The notes beneath the pieces are model-generated. The model worked only from the letters and a program-made list of their open reading frames with translations, did no database searches and had not been told where the DNA came from. This document shows, piece by piece, positions 15,265 through 32,071 of a stretch of DNA of 64,000 nucleotides. The stretch comes from Eledone cirrhosa. Lineage: Eukaryota. Position 1 is the stretch's first letter. Each line of letters begins with the position of its first letter. The stretch lies in contig OZ024741.1 of assembly GCA_964016885.1 (NCBI GenBank), positions 284,084,001 to 284,148,000 on the forward strand. The letters run 5' to 3'. The position numbers and the translations under genes are program-made.

Positions 15265-16933
15265 ATCATCATCATCATCACCGTTTTACGTCCGTTCTTC
15301 CACGCTAGCATGGGTTAGACGGGTTGTCCTGTTGTGGGCAGTGTCTGGTCGGCTGACCATGCCTTGCTCATACAGGAACTGATCTGGCTTGATTTCTACA
15401 GCTGGATGCCCTTCCTAACACCAACCTCATTTACAGTGAGTGCTGGGTGCTTTTTCGTGGCGCCTACACGTCCACTTTACAGTGTGGGCTGGGTGCTTTT
15501 TTGCCGTGGCACCTCCACGACCACCTTGCGGTGGGGGGGGGGGGCATATTGTTTATATGCTTCAGCATGTACCCATGGGAGGTCGGGTACCCTGTATTAC
15601 TGCGTGACGCCAGAAGTCACGGTCGTGTGTCATTGACTTTGAGAGGTGTAGTTGGGTAAGGTCGGCTTTTATCACCTCATCCCAAGTCATCTTGGGTCTC
15701 CCCACTCCGCGGTTTCCATCAACTTCTAGTGCTCTGCACCTTTTTATGCAGCTGTCATCCTTCATATGCATCACATGTCCATACCAGCGTAACCGCCTCT
15801 CCTGCACGCAGCATTTGATTCCTCTTATGCTCAGTCTCTCTCTCAATTCATTTATGCTTTGTCGTTCACGTATATTACTGTTACACATCCATCGGAGCAT
15901 GCAGGCTTCGTTTCTCTCTAATCTACGTAAGTCTTCCACCTTCAGCGCCCAGGTCTCACTACCATGCAACATCGCTGTTCGGATACACGCATCATACAGT
16001 CTGCCTTTCATTCTGAGGGAGAAGCCTTTTGCAGCTAGCAGTGGTAGTAGTTCCCTAAACTTCTTCCATCCCGTTCTTACCCTAGTTATTGTACTTTCTG
16101 AGCACCCACCTCCGTTGCTAATTCGGTCACCTAGGTAGCAGAAGCTGTCTACTGTTTCTACAGGGCCCTCCCAGAGATTGGTGGTACTTGTTTCCTGTGG
16201 CTGTTTGCTTGCTGTTTCAGCACAGCTGCTGCATGTGAATCCTACATTCTTAATTAAGCTTCCTGAGATCCCGCTACATCTCTTGTGTACCCATTGTTTG
16301 CATTTGGGGCAAAGAATGGAGTTCCTACCTACACCTTTCCTACATACTGAGCAAGGCCATTTCCCTGAGGGGATCTGGGTTCTGTTTTCTCGTCTACTTA
16401 TAAGGACCTTAGTCTTTGTCATGTTGACTTTGAGGCCCTTTCTCTCTAGTCCCTGCTTCCAGGTTTGGAATTTATTCTCTAGTTCTACCATAGATTCAGC
16501 TATGAGTGCGAGGTCATCAGCATACAGGAGTTCCCATGGGCATCCGGTCTTAAACTCCTCCGTTATTGCCTGCAGGACTATGATGAACAGGAGAGGGCTA
16601 AGAACAGAGCCCTGGTGGACCCCAACCTGTACGCTAAATTCCTCGCTATACTCATTGCCAATCCTAACTTTGCTGACTGCTCCCCTATACATGGCTTGTA
16701 CCGCTTTCACAAGCCATTCATCTACTCCTAGTTTTCTAAGAGCCCACCAGATTACTGCACGTGGAACTCTGTCAAAGGCTTTCTCAAGGTCGACAAATGC
16801 CAAGTAGAGTGGCTTACTTTTAGCTAGGTACTTTTCCTGTAATTGCCTCACAAGGAAGAGCGCATCAGTGGTGCCTTTCCCTGGAACAAACCCAAATTGC
16901 ATCTCGTCTATATTCACCCGGTCCCTAATCAGC
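15265..16933 (-). mobile_element. RTE family C, 5'-truncated
   Basis: Open RT ORF 15562-16917 ([30 protein letters not shown] finger), ends [10 protein letters not shown]; 3' UTR and (GAT)n tail. Confidence 0.92.
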
Positions 16934-16961
16934 TATACATATATATAAATATGTATGTATG

Positions 16962-16993
<32 letters not shown>

Positions 16994-17041
16994 CATATGT
17001 ATGTATGTATATATATACATATATATACATATGTATGTATG

Positions 17042-17097
<56 letters not shown>

Positions 17098-17800
17098 ATT
17101 AATAAGGTAATGAATTCTTTTACAATGGAATCAGCTCGAATGAGGAAAAAATATCCCCTGAGCAGTGTATAAATTAATATGTAAGTGATGAAACACAGAT
17201 ACCAACACATCTGTATATATATTGCAAAAGAAAAATTTAGCCAGATTGAAGTATACTAATTATTATACTACAGTTTGTCCATATCGATTTAAAATAATAA
17301 ATCAACGGAGACGAACTGTATTGCCAAAAGGCCGTGATGTTTAGACACATTTAAATTTCAAAATCAAACCTGTTCCGTAGATTCCCATATATACGACTGT
17401 TATTTCTAGCAGTACGGTTATGAGACTAGTTAGATACTGTAAATCCATGTGCGCCACGCAGTCTTTTAAATTATTTAGAAGTGAAGCATATCAATTTGTG
17501 TCTGGATGTTTACTGGGGAGAGCGGGACATGATATTCCTACACTTTTTTAACTCGAAACATATTTGGGTCTTAAAGTCTAAACTCATCTACGGAACAGGT
17601 TTGATTTTGAAATTTAAATGTGTCTAAACATCACGGCCTTTTGGCAATACAGTTCGTCTCCGTTGATTTATTATTTTAAATCGATATGGACAAACTGTAG
17701 TATAATAATTAGTATACTTCAATTTGGCTAAATTTTTCTTTTGCAATATATATACAGATGTGTTGGTATCTGTGTTTCATCACTTACATATTAATTTATA
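17098..17800. mobile_element. Unclassified fold-back insert (~214-bp inverted arms, ~205-bp spacer, ~70-nt tail)
   Basis: 17168-17381 is the reverse complement of 17587-17800; architecture matches the PLE fold-backs; no ORF or hammerhead found. Confidence 0.6.
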
Positions 17801-17819
17801 TATATACATATGTATGTCT

Positions 17820-18518
17820 ATCATCATCACCATCATCATCAACGTTTAACGTCCGTGTTCCACGCTTGCATGGGTTTGGACGGGGGTAGTCCCACTTGAG
17901 GCAAGCTCGCATAGGACTGTCTGGCAGGTTTTCTACAGTTGGATGCCCTTCCTAACACCAACCACATTTACAGTGTGGGTCTGGGAGGTTTTTACCGTGT
18001 TGCCTACATGGCCACATTACAGCGTGGACTGTGTGTTTTTTTGTCGTGACACCTACACGATCTCATTTGTTTCGGCCTGGATGGCGCGGCACCAACATAA
18101 CTTTACATAGAACGGGGTGGTGTGGATGGGGTGGGGGTGGTAGCGGGACGGGGTGTATTTTGTTAGAGATGCCTACTGGCAAGGCAGGTCTTCTCTGTTA
18201 CTGAGTACCGCCAAAGGTCTCGGTCCAGTGACATTGTCTTGGAGAGGTGTAAGTGTGTGAGGTCGGAGTTTATCAGCTCATCCCATGTTTTTCTAGGTCT
18301 GCCTATTCCGTGGCTACCGTCTATCTTTATTGCCCTGCACTTTGTTATACAGCTATCGACTTTCATGCGCATCACGTGTCCATACCAACGCAGCCTTCTC
18401 TCGAGTAAACAACATCTGATCCCTCTTATCTCTAATTTTTTCCTTAGTTCGTTTATGCTTTGCCGTTCACGTATATTACTGTTACACATCCAGCGCAGCA
18501 TGCAAGCTTCGTTCCTCT
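17820..18518 (-). mobile_element. RTE family A, 5'-truncated (stop-codon deletion variant)
   Basis: ORF 18163-18501 ends TCLASRHL*; same junction deletion as the copy at 63140. Confidence 0.9.
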
Positions 18519-18621
18519 ATATACATATATATATATATACATATGTATGTATGTCTATATATACATATAAATATATATACATATGTATGTATATATATAC
18601 ATATATATATATATACATATG

Positions 18622-18660
<39 letters not shown>

Positions 18661-18661
18661 G

Positions 18662-18725
<64 letters not shown>

Positions 18726-18767
18726 TACAGATGTATGTATGTATATATATATATATATATATATATG

Positions 18768-18819
18768 CATCATCATCATCATCAACGTTTAACGTCTATG
18801 TTCCACGCTTGCATGGGTT
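18768..18819 (-). mobile_element. RTE family A terminal tip only
   Basis: (cat)n-caacgtttaacgtctatgttccacgcttgcatgggtt embedded in a TA tract. Confidence 0.8.
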
Positions 18820-19101
18820 ACATATACATATGTATATATATATATATATACATATGTATATATATATATATATACATATGTATATATATATATATACATA
18901 TGTATATATATATATATATACATATGTATATATATATATATATATACATATGTATATATATATATATATATACATATGTATATATATATATATATATACA
19001 TATGTATATATATATATATATACATATGTATATATATATATATATACATATGTATATATATATATATATACATATGTATACATATATATATATATATATG
19101 T

Positions 19102-19157
<56 letters not shown>

Positions 19158-19204
19158 GTATATATATATATATACATATGTATATATATATATATATACA
19201 TATG

Positions 19205-19256
<52 letters not shown>

Positions 19257-19262
19257 CGTATG

Positions 19263-19299
<37 letters not shown>

Positions 19300-19358
19300 G
19301 TATGTATGTATATATATATATACATATGTATGTATATATATATATATATATACATATG

Positions 19359-19399
<41 letters not shown>

Positions 19400-19404
19400 G
19401 TATG

Positions 19405-19435
<31 letters not shown>

Positions 19436-19618
19436 GTATGTATATATATATACATATGTATGTATGTATGTATATATATATACATATGTATGTATGTATG
19501 TATATATATATATATGTATATATATACATATGTATGTATGTATATATATATATATGTATATATATACATATGTATGTATGTATATATATATATGTATATA
19601 TATACATATGTATGTATG

Positions 19619-19649
<31 letters not shown>

Positions 19650-19700
19650 GTATGTATGTATATATATATATGTATATATATATATATGTATGTATGTATG

Positions 19701-19731
<31 letters not shown>
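18820..19731. repeat. (TA)n/CATATG compound microsatellite
   Basis: Directly visible. Confidence 0.95.
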
Positions 19732-19732
<1 letters not shown>

Positions 19733-20177
19733 GAGCTCTTAAGAGTCAATGGCCATCCAAAATCACCGGGAGAGATGACCCCTTAGCCTTTGTCAAGGCA
19801 GAATTCTAGGAGAAGGAAAACTCTGATATAACACCTGCAACTCTGATGGTATCCAATGATGTTGACTTGTTCTTCTTTTTGGTAAATATCATCTTGGTTA
19901 AGAGAGTGGGACTGGCTTTGTGCAGTGCCTTTGCTCACTATAAAAGCTTCACGGCACAGGCATTGCTTTATATCAGGAGATCTCTCTGCACTTGTCGTCA
20001 CAGGGTACCATGACCCCAGCACTATGTGTCAATATTTGTCACAAGTGTGGTGTTTGTACCAGAGTTTTCAAGTCGCTGGCTGGACTAAAAGGTCACACTC
20101 GTTCAGTGCATCGGTAGGGGTTCTCCTATATGGATATAAAGTAGTGGCCGTACTCGAAAACGAGTTGGCAGCCACCA
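19732..20177 (+). mobile_element. Bipartite RTE derivative, 5'-truncated copy
   Basis: Homologous to 9972-10415. Confidence 0.75.
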
Positions 20178-20183
20178 TGTATG

Positions 20184-21848
20184 TATCATCATCATCATCA
20201 TCATCATCATTTTACGTCCGCTTTTCCCTGCTTGCAAGGGTGGGACGGGTCTTATTCAGCACAGCATCTCTCCACTCGTCACGGTCCCTCGTCATCTCCA
20301 CCGTGAGCTTCAATGATCTGAGGTCTGTTCTCACCACCTCCGCCCATGTTTTTCGTGGTCTACCTCTACCACGTCTTCCTTCAACTGGCATTTCCTGGCA
20401 CTTCTTCACCCATCGGTCATCCTCCATGCGCATCACATGTCCATACCACCTCAGTCTCCTCTCCCGTACACTACATTCTATCCCTCTCAGACACAGTTTC
20501 TCTCTCAACACATTTATGCTGGGTCGTTCACGCACATTTACACTGCACATCCAACGGAGCATGCTTGCCTCATTTCTCTCCAGCCGTCGCATATCTTCTG
20601 CGGTAGCTGCCCATGTCTCACTACCATGCAGCATCGCGCTCCTCACACAGGCATCATACAACCGGCCTTTCGTACGCAGGGAGAAACCCTTCTTCGTCAA
20701 CAGAGGAAGCAGCTCCCTAAACTTCTTCCAACCCGTCCTTATTCTAGATACTATGGCCTCGGAACACCCTCCTCCCATGCTAATCTGATCTCCTAGGTAC
20801 CGGAAGCTATCCACCACTTCTATAGCGCCCTCTCGCATTTGAAAAATGTGTCTATCAGTGCGACTTCTACTGTCTAATTTCCCTGTACATCTACTGCATA
20901 CATATTTCTCCCTACCTGTTAGTTTGCCTGCTATCCCGCTACATCTCTTGTGTACCCAGGACCTACATTGTGTGCATTTTATAGAATTTATGCCAGTTCC
21001 TTTTCTGCATATCGAACATGGCCATTTCCCTGACGGAATCAGGGTTTTGTCCTCTTTTCTACTCATCAACACTTTTGTCTTAGCTAGATTTACTCTCAGT
21101 CCTCTTGCTTCCAACTGCTGTTTCCATAGCCGGAATTTATTCTCTAGCTCCTCTACTGATTCTGCCATAAGAGCCAGATCGTCAGCATAGAGAAGTTCCC
21201 ATGGACAGCCAGTCTTAAACTCCTCTGTTATGGCTTGGAGGACTATAATGAACAAGAGCGGGCTGAGGACCGAACCCTGATGTACTCCTACTTGTATCTG
21301 GAATTCCTCACTAAACTCCATTCCTACCCTGACTTTACTGAGAGTACCTCTGTACAAAGTTTGCACTGTCCTTACAAGCCATTCCTCAACACCCAGCTTC
21401 CTTAGGGACCACCAGATGACAGATCGGGGTACCCTATCAAAGGCCTTCTCTAGGTCAACAAAGGCTAAGTATAGTGGCTTATTCTTCTCTAAGAACCTCT
21501 CTTGCATTTGTCTCACCAAGAAGAGGGCATCTGTTGTACTCTTCCCAGGCACAAAACCAAACTGCATCTCATCTAGTTTGACCCTTTCTCTAATTAGTTG
21601 TGCTAGAATCCTTTCTGCCACTTTCATAACCTGATCTATCAGTTTTATACCCCTATAATTGCTCCTCTCCAAAGCATCCCCTTTACCTTTGTAGCAATTT
21701 ATGAGAATACTGCTGCACCAGTCTTTGGGTATGACACCACCATATATAGCCTGATTGATTATGCGTGCAACCAGTTTAGTGCCTACGTCCCCTGATGCCT
21801 TCAGCATCTCAGCAACTATTCCCGATGGTCCGGCCGCCTTACCATTTT
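20184..21848 (-). mobile_element. RTE family B, 5'-truncated, open RT ORF, no 3' UTR
   Basis: ORF 20212-21807 with RT motifs and PHD finger; ends KTRPTLASREKRT* right before the (GAT)n tail. Confidence 0.92.
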
Positions 21849-21868
21849 ATGTATGTATATATATTATG

Positions 21869-21990
<122 letters not shown>

Positions 21991-22064
21991 CATATATATA
22001 TACATATGTATATATATATATATAAACATATATATATACATATGTATATATATATATATATATA

Positions 22065-22101
<37 letters not shown>

Positions 22102-22113
22102 ATATATATATAC

Positions 22114-24694
<2,581 letters not shown>

Positions 24695-24719
24695 TATATA
24701 TATATATATATATATATAC

Positions 24720-24771
<52 letters not shown>

Positions 24772-24824
24772 GTATGTATATATATATATATACATATGTA
24801 TGTATATATATATATATACATATG

Positions 24825-24869
<45 letters not shown>

Positions 24870-24954
24870 GTATGTATATATATATATATATACATATGTA
24901 TGTATATATATATATATACATATGTATGTATGTATATATATATATATACATATG

Positions 24955-25003
<49 letters not shown>

Positions 25004-25042
25004 GTATGTATGTATATATATATATATATATACATATGTATG

Positions 25043-25081
<39 letters not shown>

Positions 25082-25086
25082 GTATG

Positions 25087-25127
<41 letters not shown>

Positions 25128-25157
25128 GTATGTATATATATATATATATATATATAC

Positions 25158-25199
<42 letters not shown>

Positions 25200-25204
25200 G
25201 TATG

Positions 25205-25264
<60 letters not shown>

Positions 25265-25266
<2 letters not shown>

Positions 25267-27637
25267 ATCATCATCATCATCCTCATCATCGTTTAACGTC
25301 CGTGTTCCATGCTTGCATGGGTTTGGACGGAGGGTTTTCCCACTTGAGGCAAGAGTGGTTATCTTGCTCGCATAGGACTATCTGGCGGGTTTTCTACAGC
25401 TGGATGCCCTTCCTAACACCAACCACATTTACAGTGTGGGGCTGGGAGGATTTTACCGTGTTGCCTACACGGCCACATTACAGCGTGAACTGTGTGTTTT
25501 TTTGACGTGACACCTACACGATCTTATTTGTTTCGGCCTGGATGTTGTGGCACCAACATAACTTTACATTGAAAGGGGCGGTGTGGATGGGGTGGTGGTG
25601 GTGGGACGGGGGTGTATTTTGTTACAGATGCCTACTGGCTGTAGTAGGTTATACTTTGTATTTTGGTAAGGCGGGTCTTGTCTATTACTGAGTACCGCCA
25701 AAGGTCTCAGTCCAGTGACATTGTCTTGGTGAGGTGTAAGTGTGTGAGGTCGGAATTTATCAGCTCGTCCCGGGTTTTTCTGGGTCTGCCTATTCCGTGG
25801 CTACCGTCTATCTTTATTGCCCTGCACTTTGTTATACAGCTATCGTCCTTCATGCGCATCACATGACCATACCAACGTAGCCTTCTCTCGAGTAAACAAC
25901 ATCTGATCCCTCTTATTTCTAATTTTTTCCTTAGTTCGTTTATGCTTTGCCGTTCACGTATATTACTATTACACATCCAGCGGAGAATACAAGCTTTGTT
26001 TCTCTCTAGTCTGCGTATATCCTCTGCACACAATGCCCAGGTCTCGCTGCCGTGCAACATTGCTGTTCGTATACAGGCATCGTACAACCTGCCTTTCATT
26101 TTTAGGGGGAACCCTTTAGCGGCTAATAGTGGTATGAGCTCTCTGAACTTTTTCCACCCAGTTCTGACTCTAGCTACTGTACTTTCAGAGCACCCTCCCC
26201 CACTGCTGATTTTGTCACCCAGGTAACGGAAGCTGTCTACTATTTCTATAGAACCCTCTGCGCAGATGAAAGAGCTAGTATTTTTTGGGCACTTGCTGCT
26301 ACTTATTGCCCCAGAACATGTAAAATCTATGTTCTTAGTTAGCTTACCTGTGATCCCACTACATCTTTTATGCACCCAAACTTTGCATTTGGGACACAAA
26401 ATGGAGTTTCTACCTACGCCTTTCCTACACTCTGAGCATGGCCACTTCCCGGAGGGGACCGCCGCCTTATTTTCTTTCTTACAAACTAGAACTTTAGTCT
26501 TAGCCAGGTTAATTTTAAGGCCTTTTGATTCTAGGCCGTGCTTCCATGTTTGGAATTTCTTCTCTAGCTCGGCCATTGTTTCAGCTATGAGCGTTAGATC
26601 ATCTGCGTATAGGAGTTCCCATGGGCAGCCGGTCTTGAACTCCACTGTTATAGCCTGGAGGGCAATAATAAATAGTAAGGGGCTAAGAACAGAGCCCTGA
26701 TGAACACCAACTTTTACACTAAACTCTTCACTATATTCGTTGTTAATTCTAACCTTGTTGACTGTTTCTTTATACATGGCTTGTATAGCTCTCACAAGCC
26801 ATTCATCAACACCTAGTTTTCTAAGAGCCCACCAGATAATGGAACGGGGACTCTGTCGAAGGCTTTCTCCAAGTCGACGAAAGCTAAGTATAGGGGTTTA
26901 CTTTTAGCTAGGTACTTCTCCTGTAGTTGTCGTACAATGAAAAGAGCGTCTGTGGTACTTTTTCCTGACACAAACCCGAACTGCATTTCATCTAGATCAA
27001 TTCAGTGTCTCATAGAATCTGTCTTTTATAGTGCTGGGCAGTCCGGATTGGGGTGCGTACGCGGATATTACTGTCACCGTAGTTCTATTGAGGACAAGTC
27101 TTATTTTAATTATTCTGTCGTTCACTCTATTTACGTCTATTATCTTATCTGCCCACTTTTCTGCTACCATGATTCCTACTCCACCCAGCCCATTGTCATT
27201 TCCCACCCAGAAAAGCTTATAGCATCGTTTTCTACCCACAATGAATCTAGCAGACCCACCCCTACACCTCGTCTCTTGAATACAACAAACATCGACCTCC
27301 TTACGTTCAAGCATTTCTACAACCTCGTTAGAGCGACCCTTTAAGGTGCCTACATTCAAGGTACCAACTCTGAAGTTTTGGATTGCGTTTGGAGGGTGGG
27401 AACGGTGGGGAGCGGGGGGAGACGGGGTTATGTTGGCCATCCGCGGCCGAAACAAAGAGGAATGCTCACATTCTCGTCCACGAGGTGTGTTTGTCTTTAT
27501 CTTTGGCATTGTCGCTGAGCGTCCAGATTTTTCTCTCTTCAACTCTCTGGAAGTCCGTAGTCCTTCCATCCTACATATCGAAGGCGACCAGGTAAGCGAT
27601 AGTATAGGCCTCTGGCTTATGATTGGTCCACGTAATA

Positions 27638-27640
<3 letters not shown>
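25265..27640 (-). mobile_element. RTE family A with intact 5' end but a ~1.3-kb internal deletion; decayed
   Basis: APE N-terminus (VGTLNVGTL...CIQETR...SAYAPQ) joined at ~27002 directly to RT ([10 protein letters not shown]); stops and frameshifts present. Confidence 0.88.
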
Positions 27641-27735
<95 letters not shown>

Positions 27736-27824
27736 ATATATATATATACATATGTATGTGCATATATATATATATATACATATGTATGTGCATATATATA
27801 TATATATATAGATATGTATGTATG

Positions 27825-27876
<52 letters not shown>

Positions 27877-27880
27877 AATG

Positions 27881-27917
<37 letters not shown>

Positions 27918-27919
<2 letters not shown>

Positions 27920-28323
27920 ACAAGGTTTAGTAAATAATGAAAAAGTTTCAAAATAAATTTTAAAAAATTGACTTTACCTACTATAGTTACCTTTACCGAT
28001 CGGTTTCGAATCCCAAAAATAAAACGGAGACCATACGGCCTTCGTTGCAAAGAGAGATTCTCGTCAGAAGGTTCTTTTCATTCAAAGAATATAAAATTCC
28101 TGAATTTAAATCACAAACTAGCGCTATCAAAAACTGTTCCTGGGATGAGAGTGGATGATGTAGAACAGGTTTATCAAGGGCCGTAGCAAAGATAGAGGCA
28201 AAAGGAGGTAGGTCAAACTAGCCACTGCTATTGCTAGCAGCAGTCGGAATGACCCGGTTTGTTCTCAACGTTAGTGGAGGTAGTAGTAATATGAAATACG
28301 TTCCTTCACGCACAAGGCGCCAA
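27918..28323 (-). mobile_element. PLE-type 3' fragment (PLE-4) carrying a canonical hammerhead
   Basis: Unique ~400-bp insert in a TA tract with a complete hammerhead ~70 nt from its minus-strand 3' end; no ORF. Confidence 0.65.
27989..28072 (-). ncRNA. Type I hammerhead ribozyme with long loop II
   Basis: Minus strand: ACCTT-CTGACGA-GAATC(43 nt)GATTC-GAAA-CCGATCGG-TA^-AAGGT; palindromic stem III. Confidence 0.9.
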
Positions 28324-28469
28324 TACATATGTATATATATATATATATATATACAAATGTATGTATATATATATATATACATATGTATATATATATATAT
28401 ATATACATATGTATATATATATATATATATATATACATATGTATATATATATATATATATATACATATG

Positions 28470-28505
<36 letters not shown>

Positions 28506-28539
28506 AATATATATATATACATACATATGTATATATATA

Positions 28540-28572
<33 letters not shown>

Positions 28573-28624
28573 GTATATATATATATATATATATATACAT
28601 ACATATGTATATATATATACATAC

Positions 28625-28676
<52 letters not shown>

Positions 28677-28680
<4 letters not shown>

Positions 28681-31555
28681 TGGGTAGGTAAGGATGATGG
28701 GTTCGGGGGAGTAGGTATTTTCCTGGCTGAGAAATGGATCAATAAGACAATAGAGGTAGTTCGAGTTAGTAATCGAATAATTAAGCTTAGATTAGTTGTA
28801 GGCAGGAGACTACTGACAATCATCTCTGTCTATGCTCCCCAAGCAGGCCTAGGCAAAGATGAGAAAGACTGCTTTTATGAGCAACTTTTGCAAACAACCG
28901 CAATGACAGAGGACGGAGACATCGTTATGCTAGCAGGAAACTTCAATGGTCATGTTGGACAGCTCCAGGATGGTTACACTGGGGTACATGGTGGGCACGG
29001 TTACGGTTCAAGAAATGAAGAAGGAGTGAGACTTGTGATGCAGGTACATTGACTATTTGCAACACAAACTTCCAGAAACCTGCCAATCACCTAATAACCT
29101 ACAAATCTGGTGAGCACATAACCCAGATTGACTTCTTACTAGTTAGGCAGCGGGACAGGCAGATATTGTCTAATACCAAGGCATACCCTGGGGAAGAATG
29201 TACCCCACAGCATAGGTTAGTTGTTAGTGATATCTCAGTAAGCAAGAGATGGAATGAGACATATAGGAAGGTGTGGAGAACAAAGGTCTGGAAGCTAAAA
29301 AACCTTTCACTAAAATACAAATTTAGGAAAGCCCTTCAAGATGTATATGACGAAAAAGAAGACGATTTAGAGACGTATGACATAGATAATAACTGGAAGT
29401 TCTTACGTGACAACTTGCTGCAGGCTACTGATGAAACTTGTGGCTGGAGCAGAGCTCCAACCAGACAGAGAGTGACCTGGTGGTGGAACAGCACAGTAGA
29501 TAAGGCTATTAGAGACAAAAGACTAGCATGGAAGGCTTGGAAAAAGGGTGGGAGTAGGGAAGAATATACAGCCACTAAGAGAGAAGCTAGACGTCAGGTA
29601 TACTTAGCAGGCAGGGAGGCAGAGAGTAGGAGGTTTGCCAATGTTCTGCGACGGGAAGATCCGAGGCGTGCGGTGTTCCACATTGCAAGGCAGTGTGTCA
29701 ATGCAAATCAGGATGTTGTTGGAGATAAATGTGTCCGGGATGATGTCATGAATGATCAGAAAAAGAGGCCTGGAAATGTCATTATGAGAGACTGATGAAT
29801 GTGGAGAACAAATGGGAGAGAGAGAAATTACCCTTGGTAGATCCGACAGAGGGACCAGCTATTGAGGTTGATAAATATAGGGTCCAAGAGGCGATTAGGG
29901 AAATGAAAAATGGTAAGGTTGCCGGACCATCGGGAATAGTTGCTGAGATGCTGAAGGCATCAGGGGACGTAGGCACTAAACTGGTTGCACGCAACATCAA
30001 TCAGGCTATATTTGGTGGTGTCATACCCAAAGACTGGTGCAGCAGTATTCTCATAAATTGCTACAAAGGTAAAGGGGATGCTTTGGAGAGGAGCAATTAT
30101 AGGGGTATAAAACTGATAGATCAGGTTATGAAAGTGGCAGAAAGGATTTTAGCACAACTAATTAGAGAATGGGTCAAACTAGATGAGATGCAGTTTGGTT
30201 TTGTGCCTGGGAAGAGTACAACAGATACCCTCTTCTTGGTGAGACAATTGCAAGAGAGGTTCTTAGAGAAGAATAAGCCACTATACTTAGCCTTTGTTGG
30301 CCTAGAGAAGGCCTTTGATAGGGTACCCTGATCTGTCATCTGGTGGTCCCTAAGGAAGCTAGGTGTTGAGGAATGGCTTGTGAGGACAGTGCAAACTTTG
30401 TACAGAGGTACTCTCAGTAAAGTCAGGGTAGGAATGGAGATTAGTGAGGAATTCCAGATACAAGTAGGAGTACATCAGGGTTCAGTCCTCAGCCCGCTCT
30501 CGTTCATTATAGTCCTCCAAGCCATAACAGAAGAGTTTAAGACTGGCTGTCCATGGGAACTTCTCTATGCTGACGATCTGGTTCTTATAGCAGAATCAGT
30601 AGAGGAGCTGGAGAATAAATTCTGGCTATGGAAACAGCAGTTGGAAGCAAGAGGACTGAGAGTGAATCTAGCTAAGACAAAAGCGTTGATGAGTAGAAAA
30701 GAGGACAAAACCCTGATTCCATCAGGGAAATGGCCATGTTCGATATGAAGAAAAGGAACTGGCATAAATTCTATAAAATGCACACAATGCAGATCCTGGG
30801 TACACAAGAGATGTAGCGGGATAGCAGGCAAACAAACAGGTAGGGAGAAATATGTATGCAGTAGATGTACAGGGAAATTAGACAGTAGAAGTCGCATTCA
30901 TAAACACATTTTTCAAATGCAGGAGGGCGCTATAGAAGTGGTGGATAGCTTCCGGTACCTAGGAGATCAGATTAGCATAGGAGGAGGGTGTTCCGAGGCC
31001 ATAGTATCTAGAATAAGGACGAGTTGGAAGAAGTTTAGGGAGCTGCTTCCTCTGTTGACGAAGAAGGGTTTCTCCCTGCGTACGAAAGGCCGGTTGTATG
31101 ATGCCTGTGTGAGGAGCGCGATGCTGCATGGTAGTGAGACATGGGCAGCAACTGCAGAGGATATGCGACGGCTGGAGAGAAATGAGGCAAGCATGCTCGT
31201 TGGATGTGCAGTGTCAATGTGCATGAACGACTCAGCATGAATGTGTTGAGAGAGAAACTGTGTGAGAGGGATAGAATGTAGTGTGCGAGAGAGGAGACTG
31301 AGGTGGTATGGACATGTGATGCGCATGGAGGATGACCGATGGGTGAAGAAGTGCCAGGAATTGCCAGTTGAAGGAAGACGTGGTAGAGGTAGACCACGAA
31401 AAACATGGGCGGAGGTGGTGAGAACAGACCTCAGATCATTGAAGCTCATGGTGGAGATGACGAGGGACCGTGACGAGTGGAGAGATGCTGTGCTGAATAA
31501 GACCCGTCCCACCCTTGCAAGCAGGGAAAAGCGGACGTAAAATGATGATGGTGAT
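28677..31555 (+). mobile_element. RTE family B, near full-length, multiply disrupted
   Basis: APE ([14 protein letters not shown]...SVYAPQ...GNFNGHVG...QHRLV) and RT fragments in several frames with stops; ends TLASREKRT* plus tail. Confidence 0.9.
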
Positions 31556-31571
31556 ATATATATACATACAT

Positions 31572-31625
31572 ATCATCATCATCATCACCGTTTTACGTCC
31601 GTTCTTCCACGCTAGCATGGGTTAG
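31572..31625 (-). mobile_element. RTE family C terminal tip, tail-to-tail with family B
   Basis: (cat)n-caccgttttacgtccgttcttccacgctagcatgggttag; duplicated at 37781-37834. Confidence 0.85.
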
Positions 31626-31676
<51 letters not shown>

Positions 31677-31677
31677 C

Positions 31678-31718
<41 letters not shown>

Positions 31719-31741
31719 CATACATATGTATATATATATAC

Positions 31742-31802
<61 letters not shown>

Positions 31803-31803
31803 C

Positions 31804-31846
<43 letters not shown>

Positions 31847-31869
31847 CATATGTATATATATATATATAT

Positions 31870-31900
<31 letters not shown>

Positions 31901-32005
31901 CATACATATATATATATATATATATACATACATATATATATATACATACATATATATATATATATATACATACATACATATGTATATATATATATATATA
32001 CATAC

Positions 32006-32066
<61 letters not shown>

Positions 32067-32071
<5 letters not shown>

